Origin: an uncultured virus (IMG/VR IMGVR_UViG_3300031787_000017)
Lineage: Duplodnaviria > Heunggongvirae > Uroviricota > Caudoviricetes
IMG/VR virus record: IMGVR_UViG_3300031787_000017
Length of the DNA stretch: 20,000 nt
Strand: one strand, 5' to 3'
Both the position numbers and the translations under genes were made by a program. Positions 1-6,606 of this stretch are shown in pieces (position 1 is the stretch's first letter; each line of letters begins with the position of its first letter). The notes under the pieces are model-generated. The model saw nothing but the letters and a program-made list of their open reading frames with translations. It made no database searches and was not told the DNA's origin.

Positions 1-71
1 CCTGTATAATCGAGGTCAAGAGGAATTTGTTCTGTTAGTGGCCAAAAAAACTTTATTTCTAATTGCTGCAT
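1..71 (-). CDS. Hypothetical protein, N-terminal part (runs off window): MQQLEIKFFWPLTEQIPLDLDYT...
   Basis: Hand-translated; ATG at 71-69 preceded by AGGAGA Shine-Dalgarno; open to position 1. Confidence 0.7.
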   Translation of the reverse strand, partial: MQQLEIKFFWPLTEQIPLDLDYT

Positions 72-72
72 A

Positions 73-255
73 TTATCTCCTAGCACTAGGTACACAATTT
101 GCTGTTACTCTATATTTGTCAGACTCCCAGGCCTTTTTTACATAATCCCGTACTTGATGACATTCTTCAATACTTTGAGTAGGTAAAGTTATTGATCCTT
201 TTGATGGAGGTACATTCGGTGAAATGGCGTGCAACATGATAACTAGAGTCCACAT
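73..255 (-). CDS. Small hypothetical protein with hydrophobic N-terminus and two Cys (60 aa)
   Basis: ORF track; packs tightly between neighbours; GAGAG upstream. Confidence 0.7.
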   Translation of the reverse strand: MWTLVIMLHAISPNVPPSKGSITLPTQSIEECHQVRDYVKKAWESDKYRVTANCVPSARR

Positions 256-264
256 TATTTACTC

Positions 265-444
265 TCAATCAATACTTTTTAAAAATCCTACAACTTCGAG
301 ATAAGGCATATCAACAACAACTGATTGTCCATCTGTTGTAAAAATCCATGATCGATGCGAATCACCATGTTCTTCAACTCTAACAATTTGATTACACACA
401 ATTGATACCGAACGACCGATTGTGGTAGTGGTTAAAACTTTCAT
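265..444 (-). CDS. 59-aa hypothetical protein, FlbD/SwrD-like pattern (MKVLTTTTIGRSVSIVCNQIVRVEEHGDSHRSWIFTTDGQSVVVDMPYLEVVGFLKSID)
   Basis: Hand-translated, below the track cut-off; GAGG SD upstream of ATG; fills the gap in the minus-strand array. Confidence 0.75.
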   Translation of the reverse strand: MKVLTTTTIGRSVSIVCNQIVRVEEHGDSHRSWIFTTDGQSVVVDMPYLEVVGFLKSID

Positions 445-463
445 AATATTTTCCTCAATTCTT

Positions 464-622
464 TTATTTAAATAGTGTATTCAAAACAAATGCACCAAAC
501 ATGGCGCTCATAAACAAATAAAGATAGGCAGAAACTTTTTTACCCTCATTATAATTTTCACTTGACCAGTGCCAAAATAACCAAGAAAAAAAAGTATCAA
601 CAAAAAGACTAAGAATTCCCAT
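464..622 (-). CDS. 52-aa membrane protein with two hydrophobic segments (MGILSLFVDTFFSWLFWHW...AYLYLFMSAMFGAFVLNTLFK)
   Basis: Hand-translated; start overlaps the end of the upstream ORF; two predicted TM helices. Confidence 0.7.
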   Translation of the reverse strand: MGILSLFVDTFFSWLFWHWSSENYNEGKKVSAYLYLFMSAMFGAFVLNTLFK

Positions 623-761
623 TCTCTTTTGCTTTCTTCATTAAATCAATTAAAGATAATAAGTCATTTACTGGAATTTTCTCAGAACCAAAGTAATCAG
701 AATCAATTATAGGTTCTGGCTTTTCTTGAGGCTTTAAGTAAATGACATTATTTGCGTTCAT
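609..761 (-). CDS. 50-aa hypothetical protein (MNANNVIYLKPQEKPEPIIDSDYFGSEKIPVNDLLSLIDLMKKAKENGNS)
   Basis: Hand-translated; ATGA overlap with the stop of 758..982. Confidence 0.7.
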   Translation of the reverse strand: MNANNVIYLKPQEKPEPIIDSDYFGSEKIPVNDLLSLIDLMKKAKENGNS

Positions 762-982
762 TGTAGTATTTTAGGTGTTGTGATTCTTTCTTTTTTTATT
801 GTTCCTAGAAATGTATAAAAATCAGATTCATTATCGGTTTCCCTGTTTAGCATCATTAGTCGGGCTAACACAATACCATTAATTGCATTTACACCAAAAC
901 CCTGTTTAACTAATTCAAGCAAAAACTCGTCTAATTTTACCGCAGCTTCGATGATCTCGTCATCGAAAATTGTATCGTCCAT
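758..982 (-). CDS. Hypothetical protein (74 aa)
   Basis: ORF track; coupled to neighbours; helical, acidic N-terminus. Confidence 0.75.
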   Translation of the reverse strand: MDDTIFDDEIIEAAVKLDEFLLELVKQGFGVNAINGIVLARLMMLNRETDNESDFYTFLGTIKKERITTPKILQ

Positions 983-986
983 TGTG

Positions 987-1181
987 TTAGACCCTAAACG
1001 TAAAAAAACCGAAAATTCCTTTTAATTTAAAAGGCACTTCAATTTCAAATGAAGAATCACTCTCTTGCTCTTGTTTTTGTCGAATGTAAAAAGGCGTATC
1101 ACAACCAAGTTCTTTCACCTTTTGTAAAATAGATTCTAAATCGTCTTTATCGATTAGAATTTCTTTATTGCCGTTGTCCAA
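987..1181 (-). CDS. Hypothetical protein (about 64 aa; probable TTG start rather than ATG at 1223)
   Basis: Track ORF 987..1223, but its ATG lies inside a perfect sigma70 promoter; an in-frame TTG at 1181 has AAGGAG just upstream. Confidence 0.65.
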   Translation of the reverse strand: MDNGNKEILIDKDDLESILQKVKELGCDTPFYIRQKQEQESDSSFEIEVPFKLKGIFGFFTFRV

Positions 1182-1211
1182 AATATCTCCTTGAATGAAT
1201 GAGTTTATTGT

Positions 1212-1240
1212 ATTATACTTCATCTAAATTTTTTTGTCAA
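1212..1240 (-). promoter_or_regulatory. Consensus sigma70 (early) promoter TTGACA-N17-TATAAT
   Basis: Minus strand reads TTGACA aaaaaatttagatgaag TATAAT: both hexamers perfect, 17-nt spacer. Confidence 0.9.
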
Positions 1241-1271
1241 TGTGATTGTTGTATAGGTAACACACTCATAA

Positions 1272-1985
1272 TTAATTGCCATCCCACTTATCATACCATC
1301 TCCAAAATGCTCCTTCCATACTTTCATTTAATAACCACTCACAACTCCAACCCATCATGCCGCCTTTCCATGTTCCTGCTTTTTTGCCTAATTCAATATC
1401 TGAATCACATGAAACGACCCTTTCAACTTTATTGAATATTGGCAACCATGTAAACCATAACCAACGCCATTCTCTTTCTTCGCCGGTGAGTGCGATAGTC
1501 GCTTTTTGATTTCTGCCATCTTTTGTATAATGATCCAATTCTACTGTTCGAGTACAACGATCTAATAAACTCTTTCGAATATTTGGATCGTGCCAGCCTT
1601 CTAGAATTTGATGCCATTGGTAATGTTTACCAATTTCTTTGCCATAATAATCCCAACGATTGCTTTCATATACACTACCATTAGGTAGCAAAAGGTCATG
1701 GCGAACAATTTGCCAACGCCACGGCATATCAATCGCTGTGTACTTATCGAGGCCTTTAAAGATAAACAAAACACCATCACTATATGAGAATCCATATTTT
1801 GGTCCCATAATTGAAGAAAAATCTCCGACACCTTTTGTTGGCCATAGTCCAATACTTGCAAAGAATTTCCAAAAACCAAATGAAATTTTTAAATATTTGT
1901 CCTCACTATTTTCTGTAGGCCATACAAAATACATATGCCAGAAATTATAATCTGACCAAGTGATTTCAAAGAAATTATTTCTCAT
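1272..1985 (-). CDS. Trp-rich hypothetical phage protein (237 aa)
   Basis: Long ORF with ATGA overlap to the upstream gene; C-terminal ELGKKAGTWKGG motif; no function recognised. Confidence 0.8.
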   Translation of the reverse strand: MRNNFFEITWSDYNFWHMYFVWPTENSEDKYLKISFGFWKFFASIGLWPTKGVGDFSSIMGPKYGFSYSDGVLFIFKGLDKYTAIDMPWRWQIVRHDLLLPNGSVYESNRWDYYGKEIGKHYQWHQILEGWHDPNIRKSLLDRCTRTVELDHYTKDGRNQKATIALTGEEREWRWLWFTWLPIFNKVERVVSCDSDIELGKKAGTWKGGMMGWSCEWLLNESMEGAFWRWYDKWDGN

Positions 1986-2413
1986 TCTAATTCTCTCGCA
2001 TAAATTTTAAAAATCAAATCAGTAACGAATTGTGGATCCAACTCTGTAGAATTATTATCTTCAAACGGTATGATTTCAACAACATCAGCATTTACATCAT
2101 ACCAAGCCCAAATACAAACTTCTTCTTTTGGTCGATGAATCAGAGCCCACGGTGTCAATTCATGCGGTGGAAATTCCTCCGTCAATGAATTTTTGTGTAT
2201 GAATACCGCAAACGACATTGTGTTTGTATCATTATTTTCTAAATCATTTTCTTCATCATAACCATACCCATCAAAAATGATTTTCACACCAAATGGTGCT
2301 TCACCGGAATCGTCACCGGCCTCTAATGTGCCTTCATCCATTGTTGCAATGAAATCTCGAATCCATTGTTCGACAATTTCACTATATTCTCGTTCATCGT
2401 CATAGTAAATCAT
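1982..2413 (-). CDS. Acidic hypothetical protein (143 aa)
   Basis: ORF track; ATGA overlaps on both sides; very D/E-rich. Confidence 0.8.
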   Translation of the reverse strand: MIYYDDEREYSEIVEQWIRDFIATMDEGTLEAGDDSGEAPFGVKIIFDGYGYDEENDLENNDTNTMSFAVFIHKNSLTEEFPPHELTPWALIHRPKEEVCIWAWYDVNADVVEIIPFEDNNSTELDPQFVTDLIFKIYARELE

Positions 2414-2697
2414 AGTATTTTTCCTTCTTTTCGGAGTTTTCCTACTAAATGATTGGGTATCGAAACAAGTCTGGCACGATATATTTTACTCATTTCATTC
2501 ATATCGTCCTGTGCAGTAAATTCAATATGATTTGATTTCATCAGTTCATCTAATAATTTTCCAATCAACCTTTCTTTGATCAATTCCTTGTATTCATTCT
2601 CATCTTTTATTGAGAATAAAAGAAATTCACTCTGGCTGACACTCATTTGAGCCCAAATGGTTGACAGAGAATTCATCACTTCATCATTTAATGTCAT
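2410..2697 (-). CDS. Hypothetical protein (95 aa)
   Basis: ORF track; overlaps both neighbours. Confidence 0.75.
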   Translation of the reverse strand: MTLNDEVMNSLSTIWAQMSVSQSEFLLFSIKDENEYKELIKERLIGKLLDELMKSNHIEFTAQDDMNEMSKIYRARLVSIPNHLVGKLRKEGKIL

Positions 2698-2962
2698 CTT
2701 GTGTCATCTTTCTTTCATATCGTTCAGCGTCAAGTCTTTTCCATTCTTGTTCTCTTTCCAACATTTCTTCATCCCATTTCATTTGATTTAAAACTACTTT
2801 GTAAATGGCATGTATAAGAATACCAAGTAAAACGATACCAAACATAGGAAGAATCCAATTTGTTGGAATGTTCATCATAATAAAGGTTAGAAATAATATC
2901 AGCATGAAGAAAGACAGTATGATGAGAGCTGTCTTAATTGCTGCTTTCTTGTGTATTTTCAT
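2684..2962 (-). CDS. Two-TM membrane protein with charged C-terminal tail (92 aa)
   Basis: Two hydrophobic stretches followed by an E/R/K-rich helix. Confidence 0.75.
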   Translation of the reverse strand: MKIHKKAAIKTALIILSFFMLILFLTFIMMNIPTNWILPMFGIVLLGILIHAIYKVVLNQMKWDEEMLEREQEWKRLDAERYERKMTQDDIK

Positions 2963-3674
2963 TTTTTGTAAAAGTAAAAATAGTAGTTAATTGATTTAAA
3001 TGTGTGATTTTAACATGAAAAGCCTCGATACTCTTTTTAAATTCTTCTGTGAATGTTTCGACGCAAAAATTTCCATTTAGTTTTTTAATTTCTATGAAGA
3101 AATCATACCCAAAAGTTTTGTAATGGTCGTTTTCTCCATGTATAAGAATTCTTTCTTCATCACTAGTTAAAAACTCGCCTCCTTCTATTGTTTTTGTTGA
3201 TAAAAAATCTTTTGCAAGAGGAACATGAAATATCATACGTCCCTTAGGTTTAAGTATTCTAACAAGTTCAGTTAAATGATCGACATATTTTCCCGGAATA
3301 TGTTCTAAAACACTAGAATGTATGATAAGGTCGAAGTAATTGTCGGAAAATATTCTAATATCGTCCGGTAGTTTTAATCTAAGGAAAGGTATGGGTAAGT
3401 TTTCATTATAGTTTTCGTAGTATTTTGATTTATAGTCAGATAAGTAATATCCTGATCCAATTATTGAAAATAAATTATTTACTATTCCTGGATCAGGAGA
3501 AATATGTAAAACTCTTATATTTTCGAATGTGGTTTTTTTGTTTAAATATCCATACTTTTCTAATGTGGAATAAAGCAATCTATGCCTAGACTCGCTTCCA
3601 CAATTTTCACACATTTTTTGTTGAAATTTTTTCTCACCACAAATATTACATGACGATTCATTCTTTATACTCAC
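2934..3674 (-). CDS. Class I SAM-dependent methyltransferase (Methyltransf_11-like) with N-terminal CxxC...CxxC zinc knuckle
   Basis: CNICG...CENCGSESRHR; VLHISPD; FDLIIHSSVLEHI; ELVRILKPKGRMIFHVP; DHYKTFG motifs. Confidence 0.85.
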   Translation of the reverse strand: MSIKNESSCNICGEKKFQQKMCENCGSESRHRLLYSTLEKYGYLNKKTTFENIRVLHISPDPGIVNNLFSIIGSGYYLSDYKSKYYENYNENLPIPFLRLKLPDDIRIFSDNYFDLIIHSSVLEHIPGKYVDHLTELVRILKPKGRMIFHVPLAKDFLSTKTIEGGEFLTSDEERILIHGENDHYKTFGYDFFIEIKKLNGNFCVETFTEEFKKSIEAFHVKITHLNQLTTIFTFTKNENTQESSN

Positions 3675-3918
3675 TATTTACCCTTTCACCGTCAATACAG
3701 ACTTCGCCTTTAAAAACATAAACATTTGAATCAACACGTATTTGTTCAAATACTTGATTGTTTACGCATTTATAGGGATCTTTGTAATTCGAAAAATAAT
3801 AGTATGCACCATAACCAATGCCTGCTAATACAAGCAGTATAGGAATTATTTTAATATACTTTGATAACTCTGGCAAGGCCGAGAGTATTTGTGGTAGAAA
3901 TTTAAGTAAATCTTTCAT
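3658..3918 (-). CDS. Small membrane-anchored protein with a C-terminal Cys pair (86 aa)
   Basis: TM segment IIPILLVLAGIGYGAYYYF followed by C...C domain. Confidence 0.75.
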   Translation of the reverse strand: MKDLLKFLPQILSALPELSKYIKIIPILLVLAGIGYGAYYYFSNYKDPYKCVNNQVFEQIRVDSNVYVFKGEVCIDGERVNSEYKE

Positions 3919-4322
3919 TGGTAATTTGCTACAAAAGATTCATAAAGGTTTAAACCGTAGAGTTCTGCTTCAATTTCCCAAGGTTTGTTTTCGTAGGTGA
4001 TATTTTGAGAAACTTTTTTGCCTCGCCATCTTGTCATCGATTCATTTAAATATCCTAACGAATATTGTTTTACGTGAACCATTTCATGTGCCAAGGTTTT
4101 TAGTTTATCATCTGTACTCAAACAACGATCTATTTCAATGATAAAAGAATCTGGTTTGCCTTTAAGGTTGTAATTATCTATATAGACTAGACCGAAAACG
4201 TCTAAATTTTTATATTTTACCGTAATTTCTAATTGATAGATTCTTGCAGGCGTGAATAGTAACTCGGCAAAATGGTTAATTGCCAAGAGATGCGTTTTCG
4301 GTATTTTTCCATTGATAATCAT
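3915..4322 (-). CDS. Zincin-type HEXXH metallopeptidase-like protein (135 aa)
   Basis: TLAHEMVHVKQY motif plus downstream PWEIEA third-ligand motif. Confidence 0.85.
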   Translation of the reverse strand: MIINGKIPKTHLLAINHFAELLFTPARIYQLEITVKYKNLDVFGLVYIDNYNLKGKPDSFIIEIDRCLSTDDKLKTLAHEMVHVKQYSLGYLNESMTRWRGKKVSQNITYENKPWEIEAELYGLNLYESFVANYQ

Positions 4323-4327
4323 ACGTC

Positions 4328-4356
4328 ATTGTAACACGGAAAAAGGTATTTGTCAA
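4328..4356 (-). promoter_or_regulatory. sigma70 promoter TTGACA-N17-TACAAT with extended -10 TGn; probably leaderless transcript
   Basis: Minus strand reads TTGACA aatacctttttccgtgt TACAAT gacgt ATG; no SD before the ATG at 4322. Confidence 0.85.
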
Positions 4357-4358
4357 GC

Positions 4359-4673
4359 TCACCACTTTTCTGCCCGAGCCCATGATGAATCGTAATCTAG
4401 ATTATAATCGGTTACGTCAGGAATGTCAACAGCAAAATCATCTACCGAAATTTCTCTCCAATCTTCACCTTTGTTCATTGCCGTGACCATGCGGCGAGAT
4501 TTTTCTTGGGTAGCAATACCTTCAGGTGTTTGGTGATATTCAATAAGTTTTTTGCGGCGAACTTTTTTATCTTCTTCGGTATGCTCACGAACATTGCCGC
4601 AAGACCTTGAGCAATATGGACCACGTTTTGTGTGGGTGGTGCCGCAGCGAGGACAAGATTTTTCTTTTGCCAT
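4359..4673 (-). CDS. Zinc-finger protein (CPRC...YCSRSC) with basic helix (104 aa)
   Basis: CxxC and CxxxC motifs followed by HTEEDKKVRRKK (NUMOD3-like); no nuclease motif seen. Confidence 0.8.
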   Translation of the reverse strand: MAKEKSCPRCGTTHTKRGPYCSRSCGNVREHTEEDKKVRRKKLIEYHQTPEGIATQEKSRRMVTAMNKGEDWREISVDDFAVDIPDVTDYNLDYDSSWARAEKW

Positions 4674-4686
4674 AAAAATACCCAGA

Positions 4687-4956
4687 CTATGCTGGGTTCT
4701 CGTTGCCTTGTAATAATATACTAGGATTTTTTTCGCAAAGAAAGTTTATATACTTAACTGCTTCATTTTCGTTATCGAAATAACGAATGATAGTTTGGCA
4801 TGTGTAAGCAGAAACAAAAATGAGTAGTACTTGTTCATCCTTTAAAAAGGAGAATTTAATGTACCACCCATTTCGTTCTACTGGTGACCAAAATTTTAAA
4901 TCACTTTTTATTTGATTGTACCTTACCTGGCTCAAAGTCAATGGCTTCTTTTGCAT
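4687..4956 (-). CDS. Hypothetical phage protein (89 aa)
   Basis: ORF track; AGGGA upstream of ATG; overlaps the end of the upstream gene by 56 nt. Confidence 0.7.
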   Translation of the reverse strand: MQKKPLTLSQVRYNQIKSDLKFWSPVERNGWYIKFSFLKDEQVLLIFVSAYTCQTIIRYFDNENEAVKYINFLCEKNPSILLQGNENPA

Positions 4957-5149
4957 AGTTCCCTAATCCTACTACAAATTTTTCAGACTCTTTGGTATAT
5001 GTAGTAAAAAAGGAATATGTAGCATTGTCGAAAGCTTTGATATAAGCTTTGTAGCCATCAACTTTCAAATCAACGAAAGCTTTCATAAAATCTTTTTGAC
5101 GCTCTGCGACTTCATTGAAAGTTGGTACTGTTGGGAATGTATAAAACAT
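4901..5149 (-). CDS. Amphipathic helical protein, possibly phasin-like (82 aa)
   Basis: AGGAGA SD; Phe/Ala/Lys-rich amphipathic pattern, no Cys or Trp; the phasin call is inference from composition and context. Confidence 0.6.
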   Translation of the reverse strand: MFYTFPTVPTFNEVAERQKDFMKAFVDLKVDGYKAYIKAFDNATYSFFTTYTKESEKFVVGLGNYAKEAIDFEPGKVQSNKK

Positions 5150-5150
5150 A

Positions 5151-5294
5151 TTAGTTTCTCCTGTAATTTGAATAATATTGAATCCAATGTTCTACATCAG
5201 CGGTAGACTTTGGATTTTTTGACTCAATAAATAGTTCTATCTCCGATTTATGATCCGGTGCTAGAAAATTGATTATTTTTTGTAGATAACTCAT
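5151..5294 (-). CDS. 47-aa protein resembling DUF3563-type small proteins (MSYLQKIINFLAPDHKSEIELFIESKNPKSTADVEHWIQYYSNYRRN)
   Basis: Hand-translated; AGGAG SD 5 nt before ATG; E-x-F/Y-I/L...DVE-x-W/R pattern recalled from DUF3563. Confidence 0.75.
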   Translation of the reverse strand: MSYLQKIINFLAPDHKSEIELFIESKNPKSTADVEHWIQYYSNYRRN

Positions 5295-5321
5295 AAAAAC
5301 TCCTATACAAGTATATATCCA

Positions 5322-5348
5322 ATTTTATGTTGTGCTGCAATATAAAAT
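5322..5348. promoter_or_regulatory. 27-bp imperfect palindrome ATTTTATgTTGtgctgCAAtATAAAAT, putative operator (PhaR-box-like TGC core)
   Basis: 10 of the 11 outer positions pair; lies in the divergent intergenic region over a possible -35 (TTGCAG, with TATACT 19 nt downstream) for the minus-strand genes. Confidence 0.6.
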
Positions 5349-5366
5349 AGGGTAATTGTGAGTTTG

Positions 5367-5374
5367 ACTAAATA
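5367..5374 (+). promoter_or_regulatory. T4-type late promoter variant ACTAAATA
   Basis: 22 nt upstream of the first structural gene, ahead of a GAGG SD. Confidence 0.65.
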
Positions 5375-5396
5375 GTGTATCAATCAAGAGGTATTC

Positions 5397-6041
5397 ATGG
5401 CCAATACAAGAGTAAAATCATTTAATTTAGCAAATACCGAAGTTACACCAGGTTCTTATGGTAATACATCGGGTTTATCTCCGTCATTAACAGTTGATGC
5501 TCAAGGTAGATTAACTTCATGTGTTAATAAAACAGATTTCTTATTATATCGATTAAATTCACCTGTAGTTGGTTCAAATGCTACCGGAAATCAAAGTGTT
5601 TTTGGAGCTTCTGCTACAGTAGAATCAAATACTCAATATGAAATTGAAGCCCTTTACGCATTTTCTAAATCAGCCGGTGTAACATCACATAACTTTTTAA
5701 TTGGATTTGGTGGAACATCAACTTTTAATAATATAAACTATTCAAGTATAATTAAATATAATACTGCCAGTTTTACTCAAGGTATAACTACAGATAGTAT
5801 TCAATCATTCATTTCTGTTAACACTCAAACAGCAATTTTAAGTGGTTTAACTAGTGCTGCGGGATTTATTGTAATTCAAATTCGTGGAAGTTTTAGTATA
5901 AATTCAGGAGGAACTTTTATTCCACTATATTTATTAAGTGCAGCACCTGGTGGTGCTTATACAACTTCAATAGGAAGTTATTGCAAATTAACCAAACTCG
6001 GAAGTTCAGGTTCAAATATTTCTATTGGCACATGGGCTTAA
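5397..6041 (+). CDS. Virion structural/tail fibre-associated protein (214 aa)
   Basis: N-terminal VTPGSYG...TVDAQGRLT fibre motif; Gly/Ser/Thr-rich beta-type C-terminal domain; first gene after the late promoter. Confidence 0.75.
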   Translation: MANTRVKSFNLANTEVTPGSYGNTSGLSPSLTVDAQGRLTSCVNKTDFLLYRLNSPVVGSNATGNQSVFGASATVESNTQYEIEALYAFSKSAGVTSHNFLIGFGGTSTFNNINYSSIIKYNTASFTQGITTDSIQSFISVNTQTAILSGLTSAAGFIVIQIRGSFSINSGGTFIPLYLLSAAPGGAYTTSIGSYCKLTKLGSSGSNISIGTWA

Positions 6042-6048
6042 TTTAAAA

Positions 6049-6117
6049 ATAACAGTTACAACATTAGGTTCAGATACGATTTACACATTCACAGGTTCAG
6101 GTTCAATTACTTTCTAA
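6049..6117 (+). pseudogene. Orphan C-terminal remnant of a glycine-rich tail protein (ITVTTLGSDTIYTFTGSGSITF*)
   Basis: Start-less frame, shifted +1 relative to 5397..6041; ends in the IYTFTGSGSITF-stop motif typical of phage Gly-rich virion domains. Confidence 0.75.
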
Positions 6118-6121
6118 ACAT

Positions 6122-6274
6122 ATGACGATTACAAAACTATCAACTGGTCTTATTAAACCAGGTACAATTAAAACAGTAGACTTAAATACTGAAGTTACTG
6201 CGAACATTAATTACGCAATGGCTACAGCAAATACAGCAGCACAATTTCATCCATTCGTACTTTCGGGAATGTAA
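6122..6274 (+). CDS. 50-aa mini fibre/adaptor protein (MTITKLSTGLIKPGTIKTVDLNTEVTANINYAMATANTAAQFHPFVLSGM)
   Basis: Hand-translated; first 40 aa align without gaps to the N-terminus of 9300..14273; stop is 2 nt before the next ATG. Confidence 0.8.
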   Translation: MTITKLSTGLIKPGTIKTVDLNTEVTANINYAMATANTAAQFHPFVLSGM

Positions 6275-6276
6275 AA

Positions 6277-6606
6277 ATGCCAACAACATATAAAGTTTTA
6301 GGACAATCAGCACCATCAGCCACAACTGATACGACATTATATACTGTACCTGCATCTACTCAAGCAGTAGCATCATCAATCTCAGTATGTAATCGTTCAT
6401 CAACTGGTGGTACATTTAGAATTGCTATACGTCCTGCCGGTGAAACCATTGCAAACAAACATTACATAGCATATGATACTGCCGTACCAGGAAATGATTC
6501 GATTCATTTAACGATGGGTATGACATTAGGTAATACCGATGTAATCACTGTGTATGCAAATAATACCAGTTTAAGTTTCAATCTATTTGGTACGGAGTTG
6601 ACCTAA
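6277..6606 (+). CDS. Small beta-sandwich virion/tail adaptor protein (109 aa)
   Basis: MPTTYKVLGQSAPSATT..LYTVP..ISVCN..FNLFGTE pattern common beside tail fibre genes in aquatic phages; TAATG coupling to the next gene. Confidence 0.8.
   Translation: MPTTYKVLGQSAPSATTDTTLYTVPASTQAVASSISVCNRSSTGGTFRIAIRPAGETIANKHYIAYDTAVPGNDSIHLTMGMTLGNTDVITVYANNTSLSFNLFGTELT

Noticed and set aside
469..480. 12-mer TAAATAGTGTAT also found at 5369-5380
   Set aside because: Short and AT-rich, and this copy lies antisense inside a CDS; likely chance.
1199..4000. Plus-strand and nested ORFs in the track (1199..1435, 1276..1509, 1429..1617, 1601..1879, 1660..1950, 2805..2990, 3818..4000)
   Set aside because: They overlap a well-packed minus-strand gene array and have no recognisable motifs or SD sites.
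4359..4673. HNH homing endonuclease
   Set aside because: Has Zn-finger and NUMOD3-like parts but no HNH catalytic motif.
6030..6117. Programmed frameshift joining the 214-aa gene to the downstream fragment (TTTAAAA present)
   Set aside because: The slippery-looking heptamer lies after the TAA stop and would shift in the wrong direction; a relic is the simpler explanation.
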